The notes beneath the pieces are model-generated. The model did no database searches, was not told where the DNA came from, and was given only the letters and a program-made list of their open reading frames with translations. From an uncultured Bacteroidales bacterium (GTDB lineage: Bacteria; Bacteroidota; Bacteroidia; Bacteroidales; WCHB1-69), in the NCBI GenBank assembly GCA_900319925.1, contig ONQE01000005.1, positions 16,373-80,372 on the forward strand: a DNA stretch of 64,000 nucleotides. The letters run 5' to 3'. Shown piece after piece: positions 1-10,300 of this stretch (within the stretch, counting starts at the first letter, position 1; every line of letters begins with the position of its first letter). A program made the position numbers and the translations under genes.

Positions 1-210
1 ATCCGCCCCGTGGTGGTCGCCCTCATCGCCGCCCCCGTCTTCCGGATGGCCAAAACGGCGAAGATCTCCCGCTACAACTTCTGGATTCCCCTGGCGGCCG
101 CGTTGCTGATTTGGCTGCTCGGCGTCTCCCCGATTTGGATTATCGTGGCTACCGGCATCGGCGGCTTCCTGTACGGAAAGAACATCGAAGGGAAGGAGGC
201 CACGTCATGA
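1..210 (+). CDS. chromate transporter family protein, C-terminal fragment (start lies upstream of the window)
   Basis: The frame is open from the window edge to TGA at 208-210. The sequence is hydrophobic and TM-like. An ATGA overlap joins it to the next CHR-family gene, as in paired short-chain CHR genes. Confidence 0.55.
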   Translation: MRPVVVALIAAPVFRMAKTAKISRYNFWIPLAAALLIWLLGVSPIWIIVATGIGGFLYGKNIEGKEATS

Positions 211-800
211 TCTTCTGGAAACTCTTCTATACGTTCTGCAAAATCGGCATCTTCAACTTCGGTGGCGGTTACGCGATGTTGGCGCTCATCCAAAACGAGG
301 TGGTCGAGAAGAACGGCTGGATGACCTCCGCCGAATTCACGGACATCGTGGCCACGAGCCAGGTCACGCCGGGTCCTATCGGCATCAACGTGGCGACCTA
401 CGCTGGCTACACCGCCGTCATCAATGCCGGCTACGACCCCGCGTTTGCCGTCCTCGGCGCCTTCTTATCCTCGTTCTCCGTGATACTGCTGCCGTTCATC
501 GCCATGCTGCTCGTGAGCCGTTACCTGCTCATACACAAAGATAATCCCATCGTGAAAACGGTGCTCACATACCTGAAATTGGCCGTGGTGGGACTGATCG
601 CCGCCGCCGCCCTTCTGCTCGTGAGCCCCGAGACGTTCGGCTCCTTTGCGGAAAACCCGTTGCAGTTCTGCCTCAGCATTGCCCTCTTCGCCGCCGCCTT
701 CTTCGCCTCCCTGAAATGGAAAACCAGCCCTATCCTGCTGATTCTGCTCGCAGGCGTGGTGGGATTTGCGGTGTACTACCTCCCCACGCTCGTAATGTGA
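207..800 (+). CDS. chromate transporter (short-chain CHR family)
   Basis: Starts at the internal ATG at 207 of ORF 111..800. The motif FNFGGGYAMLALIQ...VTPGPIGINVATYAGY is typical of the ChrA/CHR family. Multi-TM profile. Confidence 0.75.
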   Translation: MIFWKLFYTFCKIGIFNFGGGYAMLALIQNEVVEKNGWMTSAEFTDIVATSQVTPGPIGINVATYAGYTAVINAGYDPAFAVLGAFLSSFSVILLPFIAMLLVSRYLLIHKDNPIVKTVLTYLKLAVVGLIAAAALLLVSPETFGSFAENPLQFCLSIALFAAAFFASLKWKTSPILLILLAGVVGFAVYYLPTLVM

Positions 801-840
801 CGGTTCCGAATCGCACTGTCTTGGACATCGTTATTTTGTT

Positions 841-848
841 TATTTTTG
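841..848 (+). promoter_or_regulatory. candidate Bacteroidota -7 box TATTTTTG (TAnnTTTG) upstream of the glycosyltransferase gene
   Basis: Matches TAnnTTTG 40 nt upstream of the ATG at 888. It overlaps the palindrome tttgcagctgcaaa (845-858). Confidence 0.35.
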
Positions 849-887
849 CAGCTGCAAATCTAGTGTTTGCGGTTCAAATCCGAAATT

Positions 888-2012
888 ATGAAAATCATCA
901 TTCTTGGTACGGCATATCCTTATCGCGGCGGACTGGCGGCATTCAACGAGCGGCTCGCGAATGAGTTTCAAAAACAGGGACACGAAGTCGAAATCTACAC
1001 CTTCACCCTGCAATACCCGAACTTTTTGTTCCCGGGCAAGACCCAGTACAGCCCGGATCCCGCTCCCGACCACTTGACTATTTTCCGGAAAGTCCATTCG
1101 TGCAATCCGTTCAACTGGCTCAAAGTCGGACGTGAAATCGCCCGCAAACGGCCCGATGTGCTGATTTTCGCCTATTGGATGTCCTTCATGGCGCCTTGCA
1201 TGGGCACCATCGCCCGAAAGGTGCATCGGAACGGACATACAAAGAATATCGCGTTGGTACACAACATGATACCCCACGAACCGAATCTCCTCGACAAATT
1301 CCTGCCTCCCTACTTTGTGAAATCGATGGACGGCTTTATGGCCCTTTCGGAGTCGGTGGTGCACGACATTGAACGTTTCGACAAAAGAAGCTGTCCCAAG
1401 CGTTTCTCGCCCCATCCGATATACGACCACTACGGGGAACGTTTGCAGCGCGAACAGGCACTCTCGCTGCTGCAGCTCAGTCCCGATAGCCGGTACGTAC
1501 TCTTTTTCGGGTTCATACGCGGCTACAAAGGACTCGATTTGCTCCTGGAGGCCTTTGCAGACAACCGCCTGAAGGAAGATGGCGTCAAGCTGATAGTGGC
1601 CGGCGAGTTCTACGGCGATCCGTCACCGTATCTCAACCAAATCAAGAAGCTGGGCATCGAAGACCGCGTGGTGCTCTGCACCGACTTCATCCCCGACGGC
1701 GAGGTGAACCGCTACTTCAGCGCGGCCGACATCGTGGCACAACCCTACAAGACCGCCACGCAGAGCGGCGTCACCCAAATCGCCTTCCACTTCGAGAAAC
1801 CGATGCTGGTGACCAATGTCGGCGGCCTGCCTGAAATCGTCCCCGATGGGAAAATAGGCTATGTCGTGGAACCGGATCCCGCATCCATCGCCGACGCACT
1901 GCACCGCTTCTTCTCCGAGCACAAGCAGGAAGAATTCGAGGCCAATGTGGTCGAGGAAAAGAAGAAGTACGCCTGGTCGCGGTTCACGGAGACGATGGAA
2001 GAGCTCTTTTAG
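888..2012 (+). CDS. glycosyltransferase family 4 (GT-B fold)
   Basis: Starts at the internal ATG MKIIILGTAYPYRGG. The C-terminal half carries a GT1/GT4-like motif: FFGFIRGYKGLD...EFYGD...QPYKTATQSGV...PMLVTNVGGLPE. Confidence 0.75.
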   Translation: MKIIILGTAYPYRGGLAAFNERLANEFQKQGHEVEIYTFTLQYPNFLFPGKTQYSPDPAPDHLTIFRKVHSCNPFNWLKVGREIARKRPDVLIFAYWMSFMAPCMGTIARKVHRNGHTKNIALVHNMIPHEPNLLDKFLPPYFVKSMDGFMALSESVVHDIERFDKRSCPKRFSPHPIYDHYGERLQREQALSLLQLSPDSRYVLFFGFIRGYKGLDLLLEAFADNRLKEDGVKLIVAGEFYGDPSPYLNQIKKLGIEDRVVLCTDFIPDGEVNRYFSAADIVAQPYKTATQSGVTQIAFHFEKPMLVTNVGGLPEIVPDGKIGYVVEPDPASIADALHRFFSEHKQEEFEANVVEEKKKYAWSRFTETMEELF

Positions 2013-3277
2013 TATCCGAACACCCTCACCGCCATTTCCATCTTTTCGCGTACGGGCACCTCAAACGGGCAACGATCTTCGCAGACCCCGCACTGCAGAC
2101 AGTCGCCGGCGTGCTGCTTGAGCTTTGCATACTCCGCAGCCAGCTCCTTGGAAACGCTGCCCTCCAGTTCGGCCTGGGCCAGCAACTTGTTGACGGCTGC
2201 GATGTCGATGCCCGCCGGACAAGGAGCGCAGTGTTTGCAGTAGGTGCACTCGCCCTGGCCGGCGCTCGTGCCCGCCTGCGCCGTCGTGCGGTTCAGCACA
2301 GCGTTGTAGTCCTTCTCCGCGTCGGTGGCTTTCAGGTAGTGCAGGTACTCGTCGAGCTGGTTGGCGTTGCTGGCACTGCAGAGACTCACGGCCACGCAGG
2401 GTTTCGCCAACGCGTAGGCCACACACTGGTCACGGGTGAGCGCCACCTTGAGCGGTGACTTCTCGGCATCCAACAGACGGTCGCCGCCACCGTAGGCTTT
2501 CATCACCGTGATGGCGATGTCGTGCTGGGAACAGTAGTCGTAAAGCTCCATACGCACAGGGTCGATGCCGGCCAGCATATTGTTGAACGTCTCCGGATCC
2601 CACGGACTGGCGTCGGGTTGCGTGCGGTCGAAGGCCGGGTTCAGACTGAACATGATGACCTCCACGAGTCCGCTCTTGGCGATGGCCAGTGCCACCTTCG
2701 CGTTGTGGCTGCTCACGCCGATGTGCTTGATCTTGCCCTGCGCCTTCAGGTCCTTGACATACTGCAGGTATTCGCTGCCCTGAACGGCCTCCCAATCCTC
2801 CATCTTGTCGAAAATGTGCATCATGCCGACGTCGATGTAGTCGGTGTGCAGACGGGTGAGCAGGTCTTCGAAGCCTTTCTTGCATTTCTCCACGTCGCGG
2901 GTGCGCTCGTAGCTTTCGCCGTTCCACCAGCAGCCGATATGGCCTTGGATGACCATCTCGTTGCGGCGGTCACCGAGACCGTAGCCGATGTTGCTGCGCA
3001 CCTTGGGGTTCGCGTCGTAGATGTCCATGTAGTTCATGCCGCGGTCAAGGGCGGCGGTCACGAGCTCACGGGAGGTGGCGGAGTCAATCTCCTCGAAACC
3101 GCCGCAGCCGAGGCCGATGACACCCACGCGCAAGCCGGTGCTGCCGAGCGTGCGGTACTCCATGTCGGGGTTCTCCACGAATTTCGTGGTGTTCTTCTTG
3201 TTGTTGCAGGATGTCAGCAACAGTGTCGCGCACAAGACGGCGAAACACATGATCAGGATAGTGTAAAGTTTTCTCAT
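2009..3277 (-). CDS. aldo/keto reductase with C-terminal 4Fe-4S ferredoxin-type domain and an N-terminal lipoprotein-like extension
   Basis: AKR core: YRTLGSTGLRVGVIGLGC...DIYDAN...IGVSSHN. Two Cys clusters: CTYCKHCAPCP and CLQCGVCEDRCP. I chose the start at MRKLYTIL... (LLLTSC lipobox). An alternative start at MEYRTLG (3163) is possible. Confidence 0.75.
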   Translation of the reverse strand: MRKLYTILIMCFAVLCATLLLTSCNNKKNTTKFVENPDMEYRTLGSTGLRVGVIGLGCGGFEEIDSATSRELVTAALDRGMNYMDIYDANPKVRSNIGYGLGDRRNEMVIQGHIGCWWNGESYERTRDVEKCKKGFEDLLTRLHTDYIDVGMMHIFDKMEDWEAVQGSEYLQYVKDLKAQGKIKHIGVSSHNAKVALAIAKSGLVEVIMFSLNPAFDRTQPDASPWDPETFNNMLAGIDPVRMELYDYCSQHDIAITVMKAYGGGDRLLDAEKSPLKVALTRDQCVAYALAKPCVAVSLCSASNANQLDEYLHYLKATDAEKDYNAVLNRTTAQAGTSAGQGECTYCKHCAPCPAGIDIAAVNKLLAQAELEGSVSKELAAEYAKLKQHAGDCLQCGVCEDRCPFEVPVREKMEMAVRVFGY

Positions 3278-3319
3278 AACGTTATTTTTTTTGATATACA
3301 TAATTTCCAAACAGAAGTG

Positions 3320-3327
3320 CAAAGATA
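3320..3327 (-). promoter_or_regulatory. -7 box TATCTTTG for the aldo/keto reductase gene
   Basis: The plus strand reads caaagata, which is TATCTTTG on the minus strand. It lies about 43 nt upstream of the start at 3277. Confidence 0.55.
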
Positions 3328-3395
3328 CGATTTTTCAAATATGCGACCACTGCCGAAAAAATCGTATCTTCGCGCCGTTTTTTGAATGACCGTTT

Positions 3396-3974
3396 GTGAT
3401 GAATCCAAGAATACCCCAGTCCATCAGCCAGTCCATCGCCGTGAAGCAGGCGGTTCTCGACGACCCCGATTTCCAAAGCCGCATCCAGCAGGCCGCGGAG
3501 ATGATCACCGAGTCCCTGCGGAAGGGCGGCAAGATCCACTTCTGCGGCAACGGCGGCAGCGCGGCCGACGCCCAGCACCTCGCCGCCGAGCTCTCCGGCC
3601 GCTTCTACTTCGACCGGCCGCCGCTCAACGCCGAAGCCCTCCACTGCAACACCTCCTACCTCACCGCCGTGGGCAACGACTACGGCTACGACCTCGTCTT
3701 CTCGCGGCTCCTGCGCGGCACCGCCAAGGCCGGCGACGTCATCGTGGGCATCTCCACCTCCGGCAACTCCAAGAACATCCTCAACGCTTTCGAGGCGGCC
3801 AAAGAGATGGGTGTGAAAATCATCGCCTTGACCGGCGAGACCGGCGGCGCCATGAAAGACTACGCCGACATCCTGCTGAATGCCCCCTCCAAAGACACCC
3901 CCCGCATCCAAGAGAGCCACATCCTAATCGGCCACATCATCTGCGAACTCGTCGAAACCGCAATGTTCGGCTAA
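3396..3974 (+). CDS. gmhA: D-sedoheptulose-7-phosphate isomerase (SIS domain)
   Basis: Motifs GGKIHFCGNGGSAADAQHLAAEL, GISTSGNSKNI and QESHILIGHIICE are GmhA hallmarks. Length is 192 aa. Confidence 0.85.
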   Translation: MMNPRIPQSISQSIAVKQAVLDDPDFQSRIQQAAEMITESLRKGGKIHFCGNGGSAADAQHLAAELSGRFYFDRPPLNAEALHCNTSYLTAVGNDYGYDLVFSRLLRGTAKAGDVIVGISTSGNSKNILNAFEAAKEMGVKIIALTGETGGAMKDYADILLNAPSKDTPRIQESHILIGHIICELVETAMFG

Positions 3975-3992
3975 AATCAACCCGAAACGAAT

Positions 3993-4730
3993 ATGCGTAC
4001 CTTCTTATACATCATACGGACCATCAACGTCCTGAAAACCATCTGGTTCAACTTCAAGGCGTTTCCCTTTGCGGTGGCGAAGAAGTTCCCGGTGTGGCTG
4101 TACGGGAAGGTGACTTTCCGCAGCCTGACGGGAAAAGTCGTCATCAACGGGCCCATCTCCTCCGGGATGATCAAAATCGGGAAGAACGACCATTACGTGG
4201 ACACCGCCATCCAGCAGTGCATCTGGAACGTGCGCGGCACCGTCATCTTCAACGGTCCCGCCATCTTCGGCCACGGCTCCTACGTGGTGGTCTCCGACAA
4301 CGCAACGTTGGAGTTCGGCGAACGGGAAGTCTATCTCGGCACCAACCTCAAGATTTTCTGCTTCGACCGGATTGTCATCGGCAGCAATGTGCGCGCGGCC
4401 TGGGACTGCCAGTTCATGGACACGACCTTCCACTACGTGCAGAACCTCAACCGCGACGGCGAAATCGGACCGCTGACCAAGCCCATCATCCTCGGTGAGG
4501 ACATCTGGGTCGGCAACCGGACCACCTTCTCCAAAGGTGCCGTCGTGCCGAGCAAGACCATCATCGCCTCCAACAGCTTGGTGAACAAAGACTTCTCCCA
4601 TATCGAACCCTACACGATGCTCGCCGGGATGCCGGCCTCCGTCAAGGCAACAGGCCTGAAACGTATCTTCGACTTGGACATTCAGCGTGAGATGGACGAG
4701 AAATACCACTACGTCCGTACCCACCTCTAA
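3993..4730 (+). CDS. hexapeptide-repeat (left-handed beta-helix) acyltransferase
   Basis: Imperfect hexapeptide periodicity: IGSNVRAAWDCQF..., GEDIWVGNRTTFSKGAVVPSKTIIASNSLV. Sits next to gmhA and the ATP-grasp gene. Confidence 0.6.
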   Translation: MRTFLYIIRTINVLKTIWFNFKAFPFAVAKKFPVWLYGKVTFRSLTGKVVINGPISSGMIKIGKNDHYVDTAIQQCIWNVRGTVIFNGPAIFGHGSYVVVSDNATLEFGEREVYLGTNLKIFCFDRIVIGSNVRAAWDCQFMDTTFHYVQNLNRDGEIGPLTKPIILGEDIWVGNRTTFSKGAVVPSKTIIASNSLVNKDFSHIEPYTMLAGMPASVKATGLKRIFDLDIQREMDEKYHYVRTHL

Positions 4731-4742
4731 AAACCCTCTGCC

Positions 4743-5882
4743 ATGTCGCTAAGAACCGCCTTCGCCACCCTCTACCACGCTGTGCAACTCGCCAAAATGT
4801 ACCCGACTTCATCGCGGGAGAAGGTGATGCGTGACTATATCGCCCTTCACCACTCCAAAGGACTTCGGCCGGAGGAGTATTACGAGTTCGAGTTCGACAA
4901 GCGGAGCGAGGCGTTCCGCCGCGATTTCTTAGGGTTGGACGAGCAGCGTTACTACTTGGAACTGCTCAACCCGCTGAAGTATCTCTCCTTGGCCCGCAAC
5001 AAGTATGTGGCGCACAAAATGCTGGAAAACACGGGAATCCGAACCTCAGAGCTCTATGGTTACTATCAGCCGGAAGCCCGCTATTCCGAGAACACCGAAT
5101 GCGCTGGCAACCTTGCCGGGGTCCTCCATATTCTGAAAGACAAAGCGGTGCAATGCTGCGTCATCAAGACCACGGAGAGCTCCCATGGCGATAACGTGTG
5201 GGTGATCAAAAGCATAGACTATCAAGAGAATGACGCGGTACTCACCCGCTTCGACGGTCAGCAGCTGGCCCTCTCATCCGTTTTGGGCGACGAGGCCCTG
5301 ATCTTCGAGAGCGTGGTGCGGCAGACCGCCCAGCTCGCCGCCTTCAACCCCTCGTCGGTCAACACGGTGCGCTTCATGACCGCCCTCTATCCCGACGGCT
5401 CTGCGAAGGTGGTCGCCACCTTTATGAAGATCGGTCGAGCCGGCCGCTGTGTCGATAACGCCGGCGGCGGAGGCAACGTGGATGTCTGCGTGGAGGTGGA
5501 CACCGGCGAAATCCGCCACGCCATCCAGTTCGACGGCTGGCGCAACGTGAAAGACATCGACAGCCATCCCGACAGCGGGGCGCAGCTGAACGGCGTCCTC
5601 CTCGAGAATTGGGAATCCGTGAAGGCGGAGGTGACTCGTTTCCAGCAGGCCTTTCCCTACTGCAAAGTGGCCGGCTGGGACATCGCCCTCACCGACGAAG
5701 GCCCGGTGGTCATCGAAATCAACGACTTCTGGGATCGTACCGGACAGTTTTTCATCCGTAAGGGTTGGCGGAACGAAATCCGGGAATGCTATCTCGCGTG
5801 GAAGAAAACGGGCAAGGACTACTCCGTCGGGGCGCAGCGCCTTCCTCTCGACGACCCCAAAATGGCAGCGAGGTTCCGTTAG
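4743..5882 (+). CDS. ATP-grasp fold protein (sugar-transfer-associated / TupA-like)
   Basis: The C-terminal part NAGGGGNVDV...GWDIALTDEGPVVIEINDFWD resembles ATP-grasp ligases found next to sugar-modifying genes. Assigned from memory. Confidence 0.55.
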   Translation: MSLRTAFATLYHAVQLAKMYPTSSREKVMRDYIALHHSKGLRPEEYYEFEFDKRSEAFRRDFLGLDEQRYYLELLNPLKYLSLARNKYVAHKMLENTGIRTSELYGYYQPEARYSENTECAGNLAGVLHILKDKAVQCCVIKTTESSHGDNVWVIKSIDYQENDAVLTRFDGQQLALSSVLGDEALIFESVVRQTAQLAAFNPSSVNTVRFMTALYPDGSAKVVATFMKIGRAGRCVDNAGGGGNVDVCVEVDTGEIRHAIQFDGWRNVKDIDSHPDSGAQLNGVLLENWESVKAEVTRFQQAFPYCKVAGWDIALTDEGPVVIEINDFWDRTGQFFIRKGWRNEIRECYLAWKKTGKDYSVGAQRLPLDDPKMAARFR

Positions 5883-5923
5883 GAACCCCGCCGCATCGTA
5901 TCTATCAGTCTTGTTGTCTTACC

Positions 5924-7273
5924 TTAGTTCGCCGTTCCGAATCCTCCCAACGCGGTGTAGAGGTTGATGAGCGCCTGTATCATCTCGAATCGGTTCTGCA
6001 CCTGCGTGAGCTGCGACGAAAGCAGCGACTCCTGCGCGGTGAGAACCTCCAGATAGGTGTTCGTGCCGTTCATCATCAACTCCGAGGTGGCGTCGTATGC
6101 GTTCTGGAGCGACACAACCCGGGCATCGATGAATTCGGATTTCGCTCTGGCGGTCTCGCAGTTGTGCAGATACGTATAGACCTCATTGCCAGCATCGAGC
6201 AAGGTCTGCTCGAACTCTAAACGCGCTTTTTCCTGTTCTAATTTCGCATTCTTGAGCTGGGCGTTGAGCTTGCCGGCAGCGAAGATCGGCTGGGTGAGCG
6301 AGGCCATGGCCCTTCCGAGTATCTGGACAGGGCTGCCAACCATGCCGAAGAGTCCGTCGATGGTGAGGGTGGGGTAGAAGGCTTGGCGGGCCTGCTGGGT
6401 GCCGTAGTAGGCGATCTCCATATTCCGCTCGGCCAAGCGCACGTCGGGACGCGCGTCAAGCAGGCGCAAGGGCAGACCCACATGCAGATGCTCCGGCATC
6501 TTGAACGTGCCGAAAGGCGCACGCTCGATATGGTGCGGCGGTTCCGCCAACAGATTGCAGAGTGCCGCTTCCGTGGTGAGGATGCTGTTGCGCAAATCGA
6601 TGATGTTCGTTTTCACCTGCGCCACCGATGCCTCCATCTGATAGACTGCGGGACTCTCTGTGACGCCCGCCTCGTACAGGGCACGGGTCGATTCCAACGA
6701 CTCCTCCCACAACTTCTCCGTCTCCAGCGAAACCTCCAGCTCGCGGTCCAACATCACCAAGGTGTAGTACAGGGCGGCGACGTTGGCGGCTAAGCTGACC
6801 TGCACGGCCTGTTTGTATTCCTGTGCGTAGGCGGCCTGGGATTTCGCCTTCCGCACGCTCGTGGTCGTCTGCCCGAAGATGCCCAACTGCCAGCTGGCCG
6901 TCACGGGCACCTGATAGGTAAACGCCCCCCCGCCTTGGTAGGTGTAGGTGGCCTGCGGGGTGAACGACAGCGTGGGCGCATAACCCCATTTCGCAGCCTT
7001 GACGCTGTTCTGGGCCTGCTCGACGGAGAGCTGCGCCTGACGCAAATCGGTGTTGTTGGCCAACGCGTTCTCGACGAGCCGCTGCAACAGCGGATCCGGG
7101 AATGCCGTGCGCCAGTCCAGACTGGCCATGGAAAGCGTGTCCTGCGGATTCACCACATCACCCATCAAGTCACTCCGGACAGTGGCGTCGGATGAATATT
7201 TCCGATAGAGATTGCAGCTCGAAAACAGCAGCATCCCGATCAATACCATGATATATAGGTGTCTATTTCTCAT
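5924..7273 (-). CDS. RND efflux outer-membrane factor lipoprotein (TolC/NodT family)
   Basis: Lipobox LLFSSC. Two-repeat OEP-like sequence. Last gene of the MFP-RND-OMF operon. Confidence 0.85.
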   Translation of the reverse strand: MRNRHLYIMVLIGMLLFSSCNLYRKYSSDATVRSDLMGDVVNPQDTLSMASLDWRTAFPDPLLQRLVENALANNTDLRQAQLSVEQAQNSVKAAKWGYAPTLSFTPQATYTYQGGGAFTYQVPVTASWQLGIFGQTTTSVRKAKSQAAYAQEYKQAVQVSLAANVAALYYTLVMLDRELEVSLETEKLWEESLESTRALYEAGVTESPAVYQMEASVAQVKTNIIDLRNSILTTEAALCNLLAEPPHHIERAPFGTFKMPEHLHVGLPLRLLDARPDVRLAERNMEIAYYGTQQARQAFYPTLTIDGLFGMVGSPVQILGRAMASLTQPIFAAGKLNAQLKNAKLEQEKARLEFEQTLLDAGNEVYTYLHNCETARAKSEFIDARVVSLQNAYDATSELMMNGTNTYLEVLTAQESLLSSQLTQVQNRFEMIQALINLYTALGGFGTAN

Positions 7274-7302
7274 AACCTCTTGATTCTCTTGTCAGATGTT
7301 CT

Positions 7303-7376
7303 TACAAATCACAAATCACAAATCACAAATCACAAATCACAATTCACAAATCACAAATCACAAATCACAAATCACT
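7303..7376 (+). repeat. H1 heptamer array (TCACAAA), about 10.5 units
   Basis: Reads tacaaatcacaaatcaca...atcact. It fills most of the 98-bp spacer between the RND pump stop (7372-7374) and the OMF start (7273). The pump's TGA lies in the last unit. Confidence 0.95.
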
Positions 7377-10300
7377 CCTTGCTCATTTCTAATTCCTCGC
7401 TCGCATCGCCCGGCGTCAGCTTCTCGTGCAATTTCTGGAAGAAGATGTAGAAGGCCGGGGTGACGAACAGGATGGCGATGATACCCACGATCATACCGCC
7501 GATGACGGTGAGCGACAACGACTTGTTACCCACGGCACCCGCGCCGCCTTCGACCGCCAGCGGGATCATACCGATCACCATGGTGGAGACGGTCATCAGG
7601 ATGGGACGCAGACGGTCCTTACAAGCACCGATGGCTGCGTCGAAGATGGACAAACCCTCCTCGCGCTTCTGGATGGCGAACTCCGTGATCAGGATGGCGG
7701 TCTTGGCCACCAAACCCATCAACATGATGACACCCGTCTGCACGTAGATGTTAGCGCCGACACCCATCAAGGATTCCAACGGACGGATGGTCAGGTACGC
7801 GCCGAAGAGTCCGAACGGGATGGAGAAGAGGACGGCGAAGGGGATGAACAACGAGTTGTAGAGGCAGGCCAAGATGAGGTAGATGATCAGGATGGCGATA
7901 CCGTAGATGAGGACGGTCTCGTTGGAGCCGGCACTTTCCGCCTCCTCACGGGCCATGCCGCCGTATTCGTAGCTGTAATCAGAGGGGAAAACCTCCTCCA
8001 TCACCTCGTCAACCGCTGTGCGCACGTGCGCGGTGGTGTAACCCGGGGCGGGCATCAAGGCCATGTTGTAGCACGGGAACAGATTGAAACGACGCTCCTG
8101 TGAAGAACCCAAACCTTCGGTCAGGGTGACAAACTCGGAGGCCGGTGCCATACCGCCCGATGTCGGCACAAAAATCTGGTTCAACGTGCCTGGCGCCATA
8201 CGGTAGATACTGTCGGCCTCGATCAGCACTTGATAGACCTTTCCGTACTGGATGTAGTTGCCGATATACCGACCGGCGAGGTTCGCGCCGATGGTGTTGA
8301 TGACCGTCTTCGGGGAGACCCCTTTGCGCTTGCAGGCTGCCGGATCAATAGTCAGACGGTATTTGGGAAAGTCCTGCGCGTAGGAGGAGGAGGCAAGCGC
8401 CACCTCCGGACGAGCCTGCATCTTCTTCGTAAATTCGGCACCCATATCCACAAACGTCTGGTTGTCGCCGGTTCCCGAACGGTCTTGCAAGTCGAGTTCC
8501 ATCATGGAACCGGTACCGTAACCGGGAATCTGCGGCATCTGGTACGGGGTGATCGTCGCTTCCGGAAGATTCACCATCGCCCAGCCGTAGATCTGCTTCT
8601 GTACAGCGGCGATGCTGTAGAAGGAGCGCTCTTCCCAATTCTTCAATCGCACCATCAACGTGCCGTAGTTGGTGCCCGCGCCGCCGTTGATCATGGAGTA
8701 GCCGGTGATGCCGCTCACGAGTTCGACCTCGTCGATGCCGCGCACGAAATCTTCCAACTTCTTGACGGTCGCTTCCGTCTCGTTGAGGTAGGTGCCGGAT
8801 GCCAAACCGACATCCACCATCATGAAGCCCTGGTCCTCCTGCGGCACAAGGTCTTTCTGTGCGGTAACCATCAACCACGCCATGCCGGCAGTGAAGACGG
8901 CTAACAGAATCCACGCGAAGGCGGGTTTCTTCATGAACTTGCCAACACCGCTCAGATATTTCTTCTCAATGGCATTGAAGGCGGTGGTGTAGCCCAACCG
9001 CACGTAGTAACTCAAACTCTTCTTTTCACCGTCCCCCTCTTGCTTCGGCTTGAACAGCAAGGCGCAGAGGGCGGGACAAATGGTCAAAGCCGACACGGCC
9101 GACAGCGCCACGGAGGCCGCCATGATGATACCGAACTGCATGAAGAAGGTGCCGGAGGTACCCGACATGAACGTCACGGGGATGAACACGGCCATGAAGA
9201 CCAACGCCGTGGAGATACAGGCGGCGGTCACCTCGCTCAAGGCGTCGTTGACGGCGGCCGTCGCACTCTTGTAGCCCGACTCCAACTTGGCCATGACCGC
9301 CTCCACCACCACGATGGCGTCATCCACCACCGTACCGATGGCTAGCACTAACGCAAAGAGTGTTAGTAGGTTGAGGGAGAAACCGACCACCTTGGCGACG
9401 GCGAAGGTGCCCACCAAGGAGATGATGATGGAGACCGAAGGCACGATGGTGGCCTTGAAGTCCTGCAGGAACAAATACACAATCAAAATCACCAAGATGA
9501 TGGCGATGATAAGCGTCTCGATAACACTGTGCATGGAGGCGTGCAGGAAGTCGTCGGAAGTCTCCAACTGCTTGAACTCCAATCCTGCAGGCAAGCTCTT
9601 CGAGAGTTTCTCGAGCACTTGGTTGATCTCGGCGTTGACCTGGGTGGCGTTGGCGCCGGGAGCCTGGTTGATGATGAACAGCACGCCCGGATGACCATCG
9701 ACATCGGTACGATAGTCGTAGGACTGGGTGCCCAGCTCCACATCGGCCACATCGGCCAAGCGCAGCAGGTTACCGTCCGGGGTGGCGCGCACCACGATAT
9801 TCTCGAACTCACTCATGTCGTTGAGCAGACCGTTGTATTCGATGTCGATTTTGTTGACGGTGCTCTCAAAACTACCGATAGGAGCCACGAGGTTTTGCTC
9901 GTTGATGGCGGCCGCAACTTCATCCGGGGAGATGTTGTACATACCCATCACGTCGGGTTTGAGCCAGATACGCACACCATAGACGTTACCGAGCAGCTGG
10001 GTACGACCCACGCCCGTGACACGGCTGACAGCGGGTATGACATTGATGTCCAGGTAGTTCGTGATGAACTTTTGGTCAAATCGGTCGTCGGTGCTCTCCA
10101 AGCTGAGAATCTGCAGGATGGAGTTCACGCTCTTGGTGACGGTCACACCTTGGGTGGTCACCACACTGGGCAGCAGACCCAAAGCGCGGTTCACACGGTT
10201 CTGCACATTCGTGGTGGCCTGGTCGGCATCGGTACCCTGCTTGAAATAGACGTAGATTTCCGCACTCCCGTTGGAACGGGCGGTGGAGGTCATGTACAAC

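Noticed and set aside
3282-4498. ORFs 3282..3920 (minus strand) and 3386..4498 (plus strand, 370 aa, Arg/Pro-rich)
   Set aside because: These are alternative-frame shadows of gmhA and the acyltransferase gene. Their extreme R/P/H composition is typical of out-of-frame translation of GC-rich coding DNA.
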